Assembly: GCA_021786315.1 (NCBI GenBank) | Contig: JAJYNN010000002.1 | Location: 462,997-526,996 of the forward strand | Direction: 5' to 3' | DNA from: a bacterium | GTDB lineage: Bacteria > Patescibacteriota > Microgenomatia > Daviesbacterales > UBA10151 | DNA: 64,000 nucleotides | Shown: positions 9,924-17,501 of the stretch, piece by piece | Layout of the letters: every line of letters begins with the position of its first letter | Position numbering within the stretch: the first letter of the stretch is position 1 | Translations under genes and position numbers: made by a program | The notes under the pieces: generated by a model | The model's database searches: none | The model's input: only the letters and a program-made list of their open reading frames with translations | Told to the model about the DNA's origin: nothing

Positions 9924-10001
9924 TTTTCAGTTTTTAATTTTCAATGAATTCTCAAATTCCAATTCTCAAACTTCGAAAATTGGTAGTTGGCACTTGAAAA
10001 T

Positions 10002-11291
10002 TTACTTTTCCTCCTTCCAGTAGTATTGCTTGATGCCGGATTTAGCTAAGATGGATTGCAGTTTTAGGAGGGCTGTATATGTAGGAAGGATGAATAAACG
10101 GCCTTCCAGACCCTTTACAGAGGCGTGAAAAGCCACTTGCAGGTCCTTTTCTGTCTCTAATGTTTTGGGGTCAAATCCGGCATATTTAAGTCTTAAGGCT
10201 AGATCCTCAGCCCTGATCCCCGAACAAATTATTCTTAAATCTATATTCCTAAATCCTAAATCTTCGAAGTTGGTATCCCAAATCCAGGAAACATCGGTCC
10301 CGTCAGCCAGGTTGTCATTTAAAGCTAAGAGTAACCTGTCCTCCGGTTTAATCTGGTCTTGGATTGTCCGGATAACCTGAGTGGCTCCTGTGGGGTTTTT
10401 AATTAAGAAAATATAGCCTTCCTTGTTATCTTTCAGGTTGAGTTTCTCCACCCTGCCAAAGGCTGGGGAAAAGGATTCCAGGCCACTTTTAATGTTTCCC
10501 AGGCTAACTCCCAGCTCAGAAGCTACAGCAAAAGCAGCCAAAAAGTCATAAATATGGTAGGTTCCGGGTAAAGGAAGCGTAAAATTTTGGTTTTTGACCT
10601 TAAATTTAGTTATATCTAATCCCTGAGGCTGGATATTGGTGGCTTCCAAATCAAGGTCATTCTTTTTTCTCAGTTGAGCTCTCTTTTCCCCGGCAATCTT
10701 ATAATCCGTTACCCCAAAAGTCTTAACTTCCCCTTTGAAGCTCTTTTGAAGCTCAAGCAGGTTTTCATCATCTCCATTTAAGAAGATTTTTACACTTGGA
10801 TTGACTTGGGAGAGAGTTTTCCCCCATTTTTTGACTATAGTATCCACTTCTCCGTACCTGTCCAGTTGATCCCGGAAAACGTTTAGAAAAACGATAATGT
10901 CGGGGTTAATCTTGGGGACAACAATATTGAAGGCAGCCTCATCCAATTCCCAAATGGCCAAATCGACAGAATTATGAATTATGAATTTAGAATTATGAAT
11001 CAAAGAAGACGCAATGCCTCTTTCTAAGTTAGAGCCAGTTTCGTTTCTGATAACCTTGATGCCTTGAGCCCCGGCAAACTGAGCCAGCATCCTTGAGGTG
11101 GTGGTTTTGCCGTTGGTGCCGGTAATGACCACGGTTTTTGGGATTTGCCTGCCTAGTTCCGCTACCAGGTTTGGGTAAAGCTTGAGGGCATAATAGCCTG
11201 GCGCAGCGGAACCGCCACCAATTTTTAAAACCTGGGTAGTTTTATGGATCGTTTTACCTAAAGTTATCGCTGCCGTCTTTTTAAGATTCAT
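10002..11291 (-). CDS. murT: Lipid II isoglutaminyl synthase MurT (Mur ligase domain plus DUF1727)
   Basis: Mur ligase P-loop TGTNGKTTTS; C-terminal DUF1727-like region; carries an in-frame heptamer-repeat insert (LIHNSKFIIHNS). Confidence 0.8.
   Translation of the reverse strand: MNLKKTAAITLGKTIHKTTQVLKIGGGSAAPGYYALKLYPNLVAELGRQIPKTVVITGTNGKTTTSRMLAQFAGAQGIKVIRNETGSNLERGIASSLIHNSKFIIHNSVDLAIWELDEAAFNIVVPKINPDIIVFLNVFRDQLDRYGEVDTIVKKWGKTLSQVNPSVKIFLNGDDENLLELQKSFKGEVKTFGVTDYKIAGEKRAQLRKKNDLDLEATNIQPQGLDITKFKVKNQNFTLPLPGTYHIYDFLAAFAVASELGVSLGNIKSGLESFSPAFGRVEKLNLKDNKEGYIFLIKNPTGATQVIRTIQDQIKPEDRLLLALNDNLADGTDVSWIWDTNFEDLGFRNIDLRIICSGIRAEDLALRLKYAGFDPKTLETEKDLQVAFHASVKGLEGRLFILPTYTALLKLQSILAKSGIKQYYWKEEK
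10968..11002. repeat. Heptamer array inside murT coding sequence (in-frame)
   Basis: cagaattatgaattatgaatttagaattatgaatc. Confidence 0.6.
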
Positions 11292-11320
11292 ACTTTAGGT
11301 AATTTTACCAATTTTGAGGT

Positions 11321-11914
11321 TTAGTAGTCGAGTTTTAAGGCCAAAACCCCGGATTGGCCGGCAATTTTGGGTTCGAGCTCGCGGGCATTCTCCACAGGGT
11401 TAGTTTGGGCATATTGACGCTCAAAACGGGAGATATCGTTTAGAAAGTAGTTTACATGAGTTCCCCAGGTATCTGAAGTTGAATAGATTGAATTGATGGA
11501 ATCGGGGTCGGTTAAGCCCTTATTTAAGTAATTTTGGCGCAAACCGGTAGCCACGGTATTGATACCGTCATCCCAGGAATCGAAGTAAATAGCTTGGTTT
11601 CCGTAAACACCCCATCCCCAGGCGTTGTAGCCTCCGGGGATGAATTTACCAAAGGTGGATTCCACACCGGCGATAGCCGGAAGCAGCTTCCAGTCAAGGT
11701 TGTTTTTGTCCGCAGCATCAATAAAGCTTTGGGCTTGGTATTGCATTGGAGAATCGTATTTAGCCAGGTAAGCTTGCAGGATTTCTGCACGTTTATCCAC
11801 AGGTTTAGCTTCAACATGGGCATAGGCCAAAACCGGCTTTTCCTGCTGAGTGGCGGGCATGGTGGAAAGAAATGGAATTATTAAAGCAAGGGCAAACAAT
11901 TTTTTGCTTAACAT
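11321..11914 (-). CDS. Secreted lytic-transglycosylase-like (SLT-domain-like) protein
   Basis: Signal peptide; LLPAIAGVESTFG resembles the SLT AIAxQES catalytic motif; paralogous to 12107..12754. Confidence 0.5.
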   Translation of the reverse strand: MLSKKLFALALIIPFLSTMPATQQEKPVLAYAHVEAKPVDKRAEILQAYLAKYDSPMQYQAQSFIDAADKNNLDWKLLPAIAGVESTFGKFIPGGYNAWGWGVYGNQAIYFDSWDDGINTVATGLRQNYLNKGLTDPDSINSIYSTSDTWGTHVNYFLNDISRFERQYAQTNPVENARELEPKIAGQSGVLALKLDY

Positions 11915-12106
11915 ATATTTCCCCTAGACCAAAAAATATCCTGGAATATGAGGGGACATACTCCAGGACGTGCAATATTATAAACTATAAGCTAATAAAA
12001 ATCAAATTATGTAGCTTACAGTTTGCGAGTCTTCGTGCCGAATCCTCTTAGGTTATCTAACTCTAAAAGTCAAATTAGAAAGATTACAAAAAGAGTATTT
12101 TTGAGG

Positions 12107-12754
12107 CTACATGAGCTCTTCCATGAATGAGGATACGCCAATGGCCCAGGCTCCTCCCTTTTGCAGTGATGGTGGTGTGTATTTGGGCATAATTTCTTCC
12201 GGGGTTTGCAGGCCCTGGTCGATATAATCTTTCTTCAGGCCTTGGGCTACCCTTTCAATTGCGCTTTCAAAGCTGTCAAACCTCATGACTTTACCTCCGT
12301 AAATCCCGTAGCCGAAGGGGTTGTAGGATTCATGAGGAAGAATTTTGCCTCCGTTAGACTCCTGCATCGCTATGGCAGGAAGCAGACGGTAATCCAGACC
12401 ATAGCGATCAGCAGTTGCAACGAAAGTTTCCCCAAGGCCATAAAGTGGGGATTTGCGGGATTTTAAGTAGTTGTCAATAATTAAGGCCCGGGCATCTCCT
12501 TTACCGATAGTGACTCCGAGAGTATTGTCGTCAATGTTTGCCGGGAGGGCCCGGTAAACTTGGTATGTAGTTCCCCTCGGTGTACCCATATATTGGGGGA
12601 AAGAAAGGTAAACCAGGAAAATTAAGGCAAAAGTGAGGGTGGCAACAGCTGCTAAATACCAGCTGCATGCTAAACCCATATTGGATAGCAAGAATTTCCG
12701 TCCAGTGTCCATCTGCTGGTTATCTAGATTAATGACTTGCCCATTCTTTGTCAA
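12107..12754 (-). CDS. Membrane-anchored lytic-transglycosylase-like protein (paralogue)
   Basis: N-terminal TM; LLPAIAMQESNGGK is SLT-like. Confidence 0.55.
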   Translation of the reverse strand: MTKNGQVINLDNQQMDTGRKFLLSNMGLACSWYLAAVATLTFALIFLVYLSFPQYMGTPRGTTYQVYRALPANIDDNTLGVTIGKGDARALIIDNYLKSRKSPLYGLGETFVATADRYGLDYRLLPAIAMQESNGGKILPHESYNPFGYGIYGGKVMRFDSFESAIERVAQGLKKDYIDQGLQTPEEIMPKYTPPSLQKGGAWAIGVSSFMEELM

Positions 12755-12941
12755 GGAATGCTAAAGATATCAGAATAAATCACTTGTAGAGGGGTTGAGC
12801 TTGAAGATTTTTGGAGCGGGAGACGGGATGATCACTCCTCGCTGCGTTCGGAGTTGAACCTACTTAGCTCTGCGAGATGCGTATATTCCAAATGCGGGTC
12901 TTACTCACAAAAAATCAGCCACAAGGGCCGACATTTTTATG

Positions 12942-13013
12942 AGCGGGAGACGGGATTCGAACCCGCGACATCCTCGTTGGCAACGAGGCACTCTACCACT
13001 GAGTTACTCCCGC
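12942..13013 (-). tRNA. tRNA-Gly (anticodon GCC)
   Basis: RC reads GCGGGAGTAACTCAGTGGTAGAGTGCCTCGTTGCCAACGAGGATGTCGCGGGTTCGAATCCCGTCTCCCGCT. Confidence 0.85.
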
Positions 13014-13181
13014 GAACGTTAGTGAGCGGTGAGCACTTCCGCAGCCAATTTTTGGTTGGCGAGGAGTACTCCCACATTTTGGTGCCGCAGCCTGGAATAG
13101 GGCTACTCGCTAAAGCGAGATCCTGTTCCTGTCTGCTTCAAAATTTGTCTTTGCTGACACAAGGTCAGCACGACAAACTTG

Positions 13182-13254
13182 TGCCGCAGCCTGGAATCGA
13201 ACCCGGATAAGACGCTCTTCAGGCGCCCGCCTTGACCAACTTGGCTACTGCGGC
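13182..13254 (-). tRNA. tRNA-Phe (anticodon GAA)
   Basis: RC reads GCCGCAGTAGCCAAGTTGGTCAAGGCGGGCGCCTGAAGAGCGTC..CCGGGTTCGATTCCAGGCTGCGGCA; one G-A mismatch in the T-stem. Confidence 0.8.
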
Positions 13255-13362
13255 TAGTCTACTAGACGCCAGCAAACGAGGTGTTAAACTTTGTAAACAC
13301 CGAGTTTACTGCGACGATCAAAACTAACCAATTTTATCTAATTAACCTCTGTTATGCAATTG

Positions 13363-13435
13363 TGGGCACTAAGGGACTCGAACCCCTGACATCTACAGTG
13401 TAAATGTAGCGCTCTACCAACTGAGCTAAGTGCCC
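13363..13435 (-). tRNA. tRNA-Val (anticodon TAC)
   Basis: RC reads GGGCACTTAGCTCAGTTGGTAGAGCGCTACATTTACACTGTAGATGTCAGGGGTTCGAGTCCCTTAGTGCCCA. Confidence 0.85.
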
Positions 13436-13488
13436 TCGCTTTGCTCGGTCACTTGCGATAGTTCCGCTACGCGTGTAACTATCTAAAG

Positions 13489-13582
<94 letters not shown>

Positions 13583-13593
13583 TTGGTTGCTTG

Positions 13594-13676
13594 TGCCGAG
13601 GACAGGACTTGAACCTGCACGCCTTTTGGGCACTACCACCTCAAGGTAGCGTGTATACCAGTTTCACCACCTCGGC
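13594..13676 (-). tRNA. tRNA-Leu (anticodon GAG), long variable arm
   Basis: RC reads GCCGAGGTGGTGAAACTGGTATACACGCTACCTTGAGGTGGTAGT..GCAGGTTCAAGTCCTGTCCTCGGCA. Confidence 0.8.
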
Positions 13677-13725
13677 AAGCCTGGATATTGTATCAAAAAT
13701 CACGTTCTATACCAAGTAAGATATG

Positions 13726-14607
13726 CTAGGAAAGTTTTTTGAGGTATTCTTTGAAGTCTTCCCCAAATTCCGGGTGTTTTAAGCCATATTCCACCACCGT
13801 TTTTAAGTATTCCAGCTTATTGCCTGTGTCGCGGTAAACTGCATTTTTGATTTCAATTGCGTGGACAGGCTTGCCCTGGTCAATCATGCCCTGAAGGCCC
13901 ATAAGGTAAACCAACTCTTCCCCCTCTTTAAGGTTGGGTTCGGCAGCTTCCAGGTGCTCAAAGATATCCGGAGTGGCCAAAAACCCGCTTACCACCGCTA
14001 AATCCGAAGGGGAATTTTCTCTTGTCTTGGGTTTTTCAACAACCTTACTGACCTTAATTACCCCCGGTTCGACAACTTCTCCTCCGGCAAACCCATACTT
14101 TTTATAATCCTCATCTGATTTGGCTCGGAGTGCGCCCAAGATAGGAGAATTGTATTTTTCATATGCCTCGATAAGTTGTTTGGCCCTTGAAGGCTCGGCA
14201 TCAATAAAGTCATCTCCCCAAAAGACCAAGAACGGGTCATTATCCATGATCTGTTTGGCATTTAAGATAGGGGTAGCATTTCCTTGGGGACCCTTTTGGC
14301 GGATGTAGATAAATTCCGCCATGTCGGAGATTTTTTTAACCGTTTCCAGCTCTTCCAGCTTACCTGCTTTAGCGAGTTTATCTTCCAGCTCATACTGGTT
14401 ATCAAAATGGTCCTCAATGGCTCTCTTGTAGAGCCCGGTGACAATGACAATGGTTTCAATTCCGGCATCAACAAGCTCCTCCACTACCCTTTGGATAATG
14501 GGTTTATCCACCAAAGGCATCATTTCCTTGGGCATGGCTTTTGTTTGGGGCAAGAAGCGGGTGCCAAAGCCTGCTGCAGGTATTAAAGCTTTTTTAATTT
14601 TTGACAT
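13726..14607 (-). CDS. galU: UTP--glucose-1-phosphate uridylyltransferase
   Basis: KALIPAAGFGTRFLPQTKAMPKEMMPLVDKP signature of GalU-type nucleotidyltransferases. Confidence 0.85.
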   Translation of the reverse strand: MSKIKKALIPAAGFGTRFLPQTKAMPKEMMPLVDKPIIQRVVEELVDAGIETIVIVTGLYKRAIEDHFDNQYELEDKLAKAGKLEELETVKKISDMAEFIYIRQKGPQGNATPILNAKQIMDNDPFLVFWGDDFIDAEPSRAKQLIEAYEKYNSPILGALRAKSDEDYKKYGFAGGEVVEPGVIKVSKVVEKPKTRENSPSDLAVVSGFLATPDIFEHLEAAEPNLKEGEELVYLMGLQGMIDQGKPVHAIEIKNAVYRDTGNKLEYLKTVVEYGLKHPEFGEDFKEYLKKLS

Positions 14608-14742
14608 ACTTTTTGAGTTCTCCTATGAAAACCCTCCGGTTTCCCAGAGGGTTTTGAAAAAATAATTTCTTCAAACCAAAAATTATATTACCAAATTATT
14701 TGCCAAAGGCAAACAAGATCTTTGACGTAAGTCAAAGTAGAC

Positions 14743-15036
14743 TTACTTCTTTTTTGAACCACCCCATTTTTCCCAAGCTACCAAAAGTCCGGCCAAACCA
14801 ACCAGCAAATAAACAACCTTTTCTAACATAGAGCCAGTTCCAAAAACGCTGCTTACCAAATTAAGGCCCATAAGACCTACCAAGCCTGTGTTCAAAGCGC
14901 CGATAACCACAAGAGGTAAAGTAACAGATCTAAATGACTTCAACTTTATCACCCCCTCTCTGATTAAGTATATATCCAGTATTAGATAGATTTTTTCAGT
15001 TGTCAAATTTGGCTTTGAAAATGGTTCAGGGGTCAA
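14743..15036 (-). CDS. DUF378-family small membrane protein (true start probably internal)
   Basis: IGALNTGLVGLMGLNLV motif typical of DUF378. Confidence 0.5.
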   Translation of the reverse strand: MTPEPFSKPNLTTEKIYLILDIYLIREGVIKLKSFRSVTLPLVVIGALNTGLVGLMGLNLVSSVFGTGSMLEKVVYLLVGLAGLLVAWEKWGGSKKK

Positions 15037-15150
15037 AACTTGGATAGCCGGGAGTTAATTTTGAGGGGAAAACGGTAATTTGGTATTCTCCATCATCCGC
15101 TAGCAGGATGAAAGAGAATTTATTTTAGCAACAAGGTGGTATTCTCATAA

Positions 15151-15534
15151 CTACCTCCTTTCATTGAATATTTCGCTAAAGTTATTTTTTATAAAAGCCA
15201 ACTCCGCTTTAAACTTTTTAAGCTGCTCTATTCTTTGGTCGATAGATAAAATATAGTCGGGCAGTTTGCTTTCTGCATACTCTTTGGCAGCATTACAGTC
15301 TTTGTCTGTGCATTTTTCAATCAGTCTCTTTATATCTACCAGCGGAATATCCAAGGCCCTGAGTGCTTTTATTAAACGTAATTGTCTGATATCTTCGTTC
15401 AGGAAAATTCTGTATTTATTGTCTGCCCTTTGCAGGGGTTTAAAAATCCCTTTTTCCTCATAAAACCTGATTGTCTTTGCGGACATTCCCACTATTTTTG
15501 AAACCTGCCCAATAGTAAATTGTTTATCATTCAT
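15151..15534 (-). CDS. MerR-family transcriptional regulator
   Basis: N-terminal HTH FTIGQVSKIVGMSAKTIRFYEEKGI; coiled-coil dimerisation region; a CTDKDC cysteine pair. Confidence 0.8.
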   Translation of the reverse strand: MNDKQFTIGQVSKIVGMSAKTIRFYEEKGIFKPLQRADNKYRIFLNEDIRQLRLIKALRALDIPLVDIKRLIEKCTDKDCNAAKEYAESKLPDYILSIDQRIEQLKKFKAELAFIKNNFSEIFNERR

Positions 15535-15705
15535 AATTGGAGATTACACCTTCCACTAACTGGAATGTCAAGAGGTAAAATAGTGCTGTGGGACATGGAT
15601 TAGGGCTACTTTGACTTCGTCAAAGATCCTGTCAAGCTTCGCTTGATCGAACCCGCTTCCTTGTGCCAAGAGCGCGGATTCTCGGTTCAAAAGCACCAAA
15701 TACCA

Positions 15706-15739
15706 AAAATCCAGCCACAAAAGGACTGGATTTTTGCTA
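15706..15739 (-). terminator. Hairpin plus U-tract immediately 3' of tRNA-Gln (also reads as a hairpin plus T5 on the + strand)
   Basis: AAAAATCCAG..loop..CTGGATTTTT stem followed by a T-run. Confidence 0.5.
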
Positions 15740-15810
15740 GCTGCGGGACATGGATTCGAACCATGATAGACGGATCCAAAGTCCGTCGTCCTACCATTAG
15801 ACGATCCCGC
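15740..15810 (-). tRNA. tRNA-Gln (anticodon TTG), U1-A72 first pair, discriminator G
   Basis: RC reads TGCGGGATCGTCTAATGGTAGGACGACGGACTTTGGATCCGTCTATCATGGTTCGAATCCATGTCCCGCAG. Confidence 0.8.
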
Positions 15811-15927
15811 AATATGGATTTCTAACCATGAAATTATATCTAATTGGTGAGGAATCATCAACCGGAGATGCTTTGAAAACTCCCTCCTCCTTGTTGACAG
15901 GTAATTAGATATTGTTAAGATGCTTCC

Positions 15928-16353
15928 ATGGAGGTCGACCGTTCAAAAGAAGTTCAGCTAGGTTTGACAAGGGCTGTTGTTATAGCGCTGCCCAGCTTAC
16001 CAATGTCAGAACACAGACTGGGAAGTACTCTAGTCAAAGCAGTCAATTACTTCGGCAGAACTGTCGATGGAGATACACCTGTAAAAGATCTTTGTTTGCC
16101 ATCCTGGCACCATTTTCATTCTTTGGAGGAATGGGAATCACCTCTTTATCCCCTAGCCATACAGCTTCCAGAGAGACTTGTAACTTCCTGGAATCAGGGA
16201 ATAACTATATTGGTAGTCAGATTTTTACGGACAGGATCTCAGGATGCATTTCTCCTGGATGATCTTCGGGCCAGAAGGGACTTAATACGGGGGGTGACCA
16301 GGGAATATCAAAAGTCTGCTTTAGTCAGAGCTGCTTTTCGTATTGGTTACTAA
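15928..16353 (+). CDS. Hypothetical protein; the coding status of this roughly 450-bp region is uncertain, and a second overlapping + frame is also open
   Basis: ORF only; GC-richer than its surroundings. Confidence 0.25.
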   Translation: MEVDRSKEVQLGLTRAVVIALPSLPMSEHRLGSTLVKAVNYFGRTVDGDTPVKDLCLPSWHHFHSLEEWESPLYPLAIQLPERLVTSWNQGITILVVRFLRTGSQDAFLLDDLRARRDLIRGVTREYQKSALVRAAFRIGY

Positions 16354-16408
16354 AAGTAAGGGAAATTATTTTTTCAAGAAATATCTTGTGATACTATTTT
16401 CTTATTAC

Positions 16409-16747
16409 ATGGTTAAGAAAAGAGTTAGGGGTGGCTTATCTTTCTTCTTTTTTGTCCTCATAGTTGGACTTATTTTAGCAGCCTTTAATATTGCTGCTGG
16501 CATTGGTTTTTCACTACGAATACCTGTTGTTGACCAAAATTTAATGGCTGGGGTGGCAATTGGGAAAAAAGAAGCGGTTTTGGATACATTTCCGGGCTAC
16601 CTTCGAAGGAATTTAGCTCAAAATAACACCTTTTTTAACCAAAGCAATACCATAACCATTTGGCTCGCTGAAGGAGCTTATATTATTATTTTCGGCCAGC
16701 AGCCTAATGCCCCTCTGGCTGACCTTCAGGCTAAACTTCTCCGCTAA
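16409..16747 (+). CDS. Hypothetical membrane-anchored protein (start chosen at the internal Met before the TM)
   Basis: Single TM helix; precedes the ZIP transporter. Confidence 0.35.
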   Translation: MVKKRVRGGLSFFFFVLIVGLILAAFNIAAGIGFSLRIPVVDQNLMAGVAIGKKEAVLDTFPGYLRRNLAQNNTFFNQSNTITIWLAEGAYIIIFGQQPNAPLADLQAKLLR

Positions 16748-16778
16748 TTTTTACCTAATCTGGTATCATATTAAGGAT

Positions 16779-17501
16779 ATGACAGTCCTTTTTACCTTCT
16801 TTGCCTTTGTCTCCACCTTTTTGGGCGGTTTGGTGGGGATAAAATACAAAGATAAACTACACCTTATATTGGGCTTTACTGCGGGTGTCCTACTAGCAGT
16901 TGTGTCTTTTGATATTTTCCCGGAACTGGTGGACCTTATCCGAAAAACTGGGATGGATTCCCTTTATCCGATGATTGCCTTGGTGGGGGCTTTTATGCTC
17001 TTTCACATCCTGGAGAAAGTGCTTTTATTGCATCATTCCCATGAGGATACATATGGTGACCATAAACATCCGCATGTCGGGCTGGTTTCTGCCCTGGCTT
17101 TATCTGGCCATTCGTTTCTGGATGGTGTAGGAATCGGTTTGGGGTTTCAGGTTTCTTCCCTTGCCGGGTTCTTAATTGCTTTGGCGGTTATTGCCCACGA
17201 TTTTTCCGACGGATTAAATACCGTCTCCTTAATGCTGATGCACAAAAACACTTCCAAAAGGGCAATTATTCTACTTTTTGTAGATGCTTCGGCGCCGATT
17301 TTAGGAGGCCTCTCCACCTTACTCTTTAAGGTTCCGGAGAATTTCCTGGTTTTATATTTAGGGTTTTTTGCCGGATTTTTACTTTATATCGGGGCTTCTG
17401 ATATTTTGCCCGAAGCCCACAGTCGGCATTCCTCATATAAAACTATCCTGATGACTCTTCTGGGGGTGGCCTTAATTTTTGTGGTAACCAGATTTACTTA
17501 G
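16779..17501 (+). CDS. ZIP-family divalent metal (zinc) transporter, ZupT-like
   Basis: HSHEDTYGDHKHPHV His-rich loop; HSFLDGVGIG and IAHDFSDGL ZIP signatures. Confidence 0.8.
   Translation: MTVLFTFFAFVSTFLGGLVGIKYKDKLHLILGFTAGVLLAVVSFDIFPELVDLIRKTGMDSLYPMIALVGAFMLFHILEKVLLLHHSHEDTYGDHKHPHVGLVSALALSGHSFLDGVGIGLGFQVSSLAGFLIALAVIAHDFSDGLNTVSLMLMHKNTSKRAIILLFVDASAPILGGLSTLLFKVPENFLVLYLGFFAGFLLYIGASDILPEAHSRHSSYKTILMTLLGVALIFVVTRFT

Noticed and set aside
15568-15861. ORF 15568..15861 (-) and 15643..15825 (+)
   Set aside because: They overlap tRNA-Gln and its terminator and are artefacts of the open frame.
15860-16360. RNase P RNA, tmRNA, SRP RNA or 6S RNA in the GC-rich segment, and SRP-like GGAAGCAGAC near 13140
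   Set aside because: I looked for the conserved P4/CR-I/CR-V motifs, the tmRNA GGGGxUGAUUC...UCCACCA ends and the SRP domain IV GGAAGCAGCC context. None is present convincingly, so it is left as unassigned.
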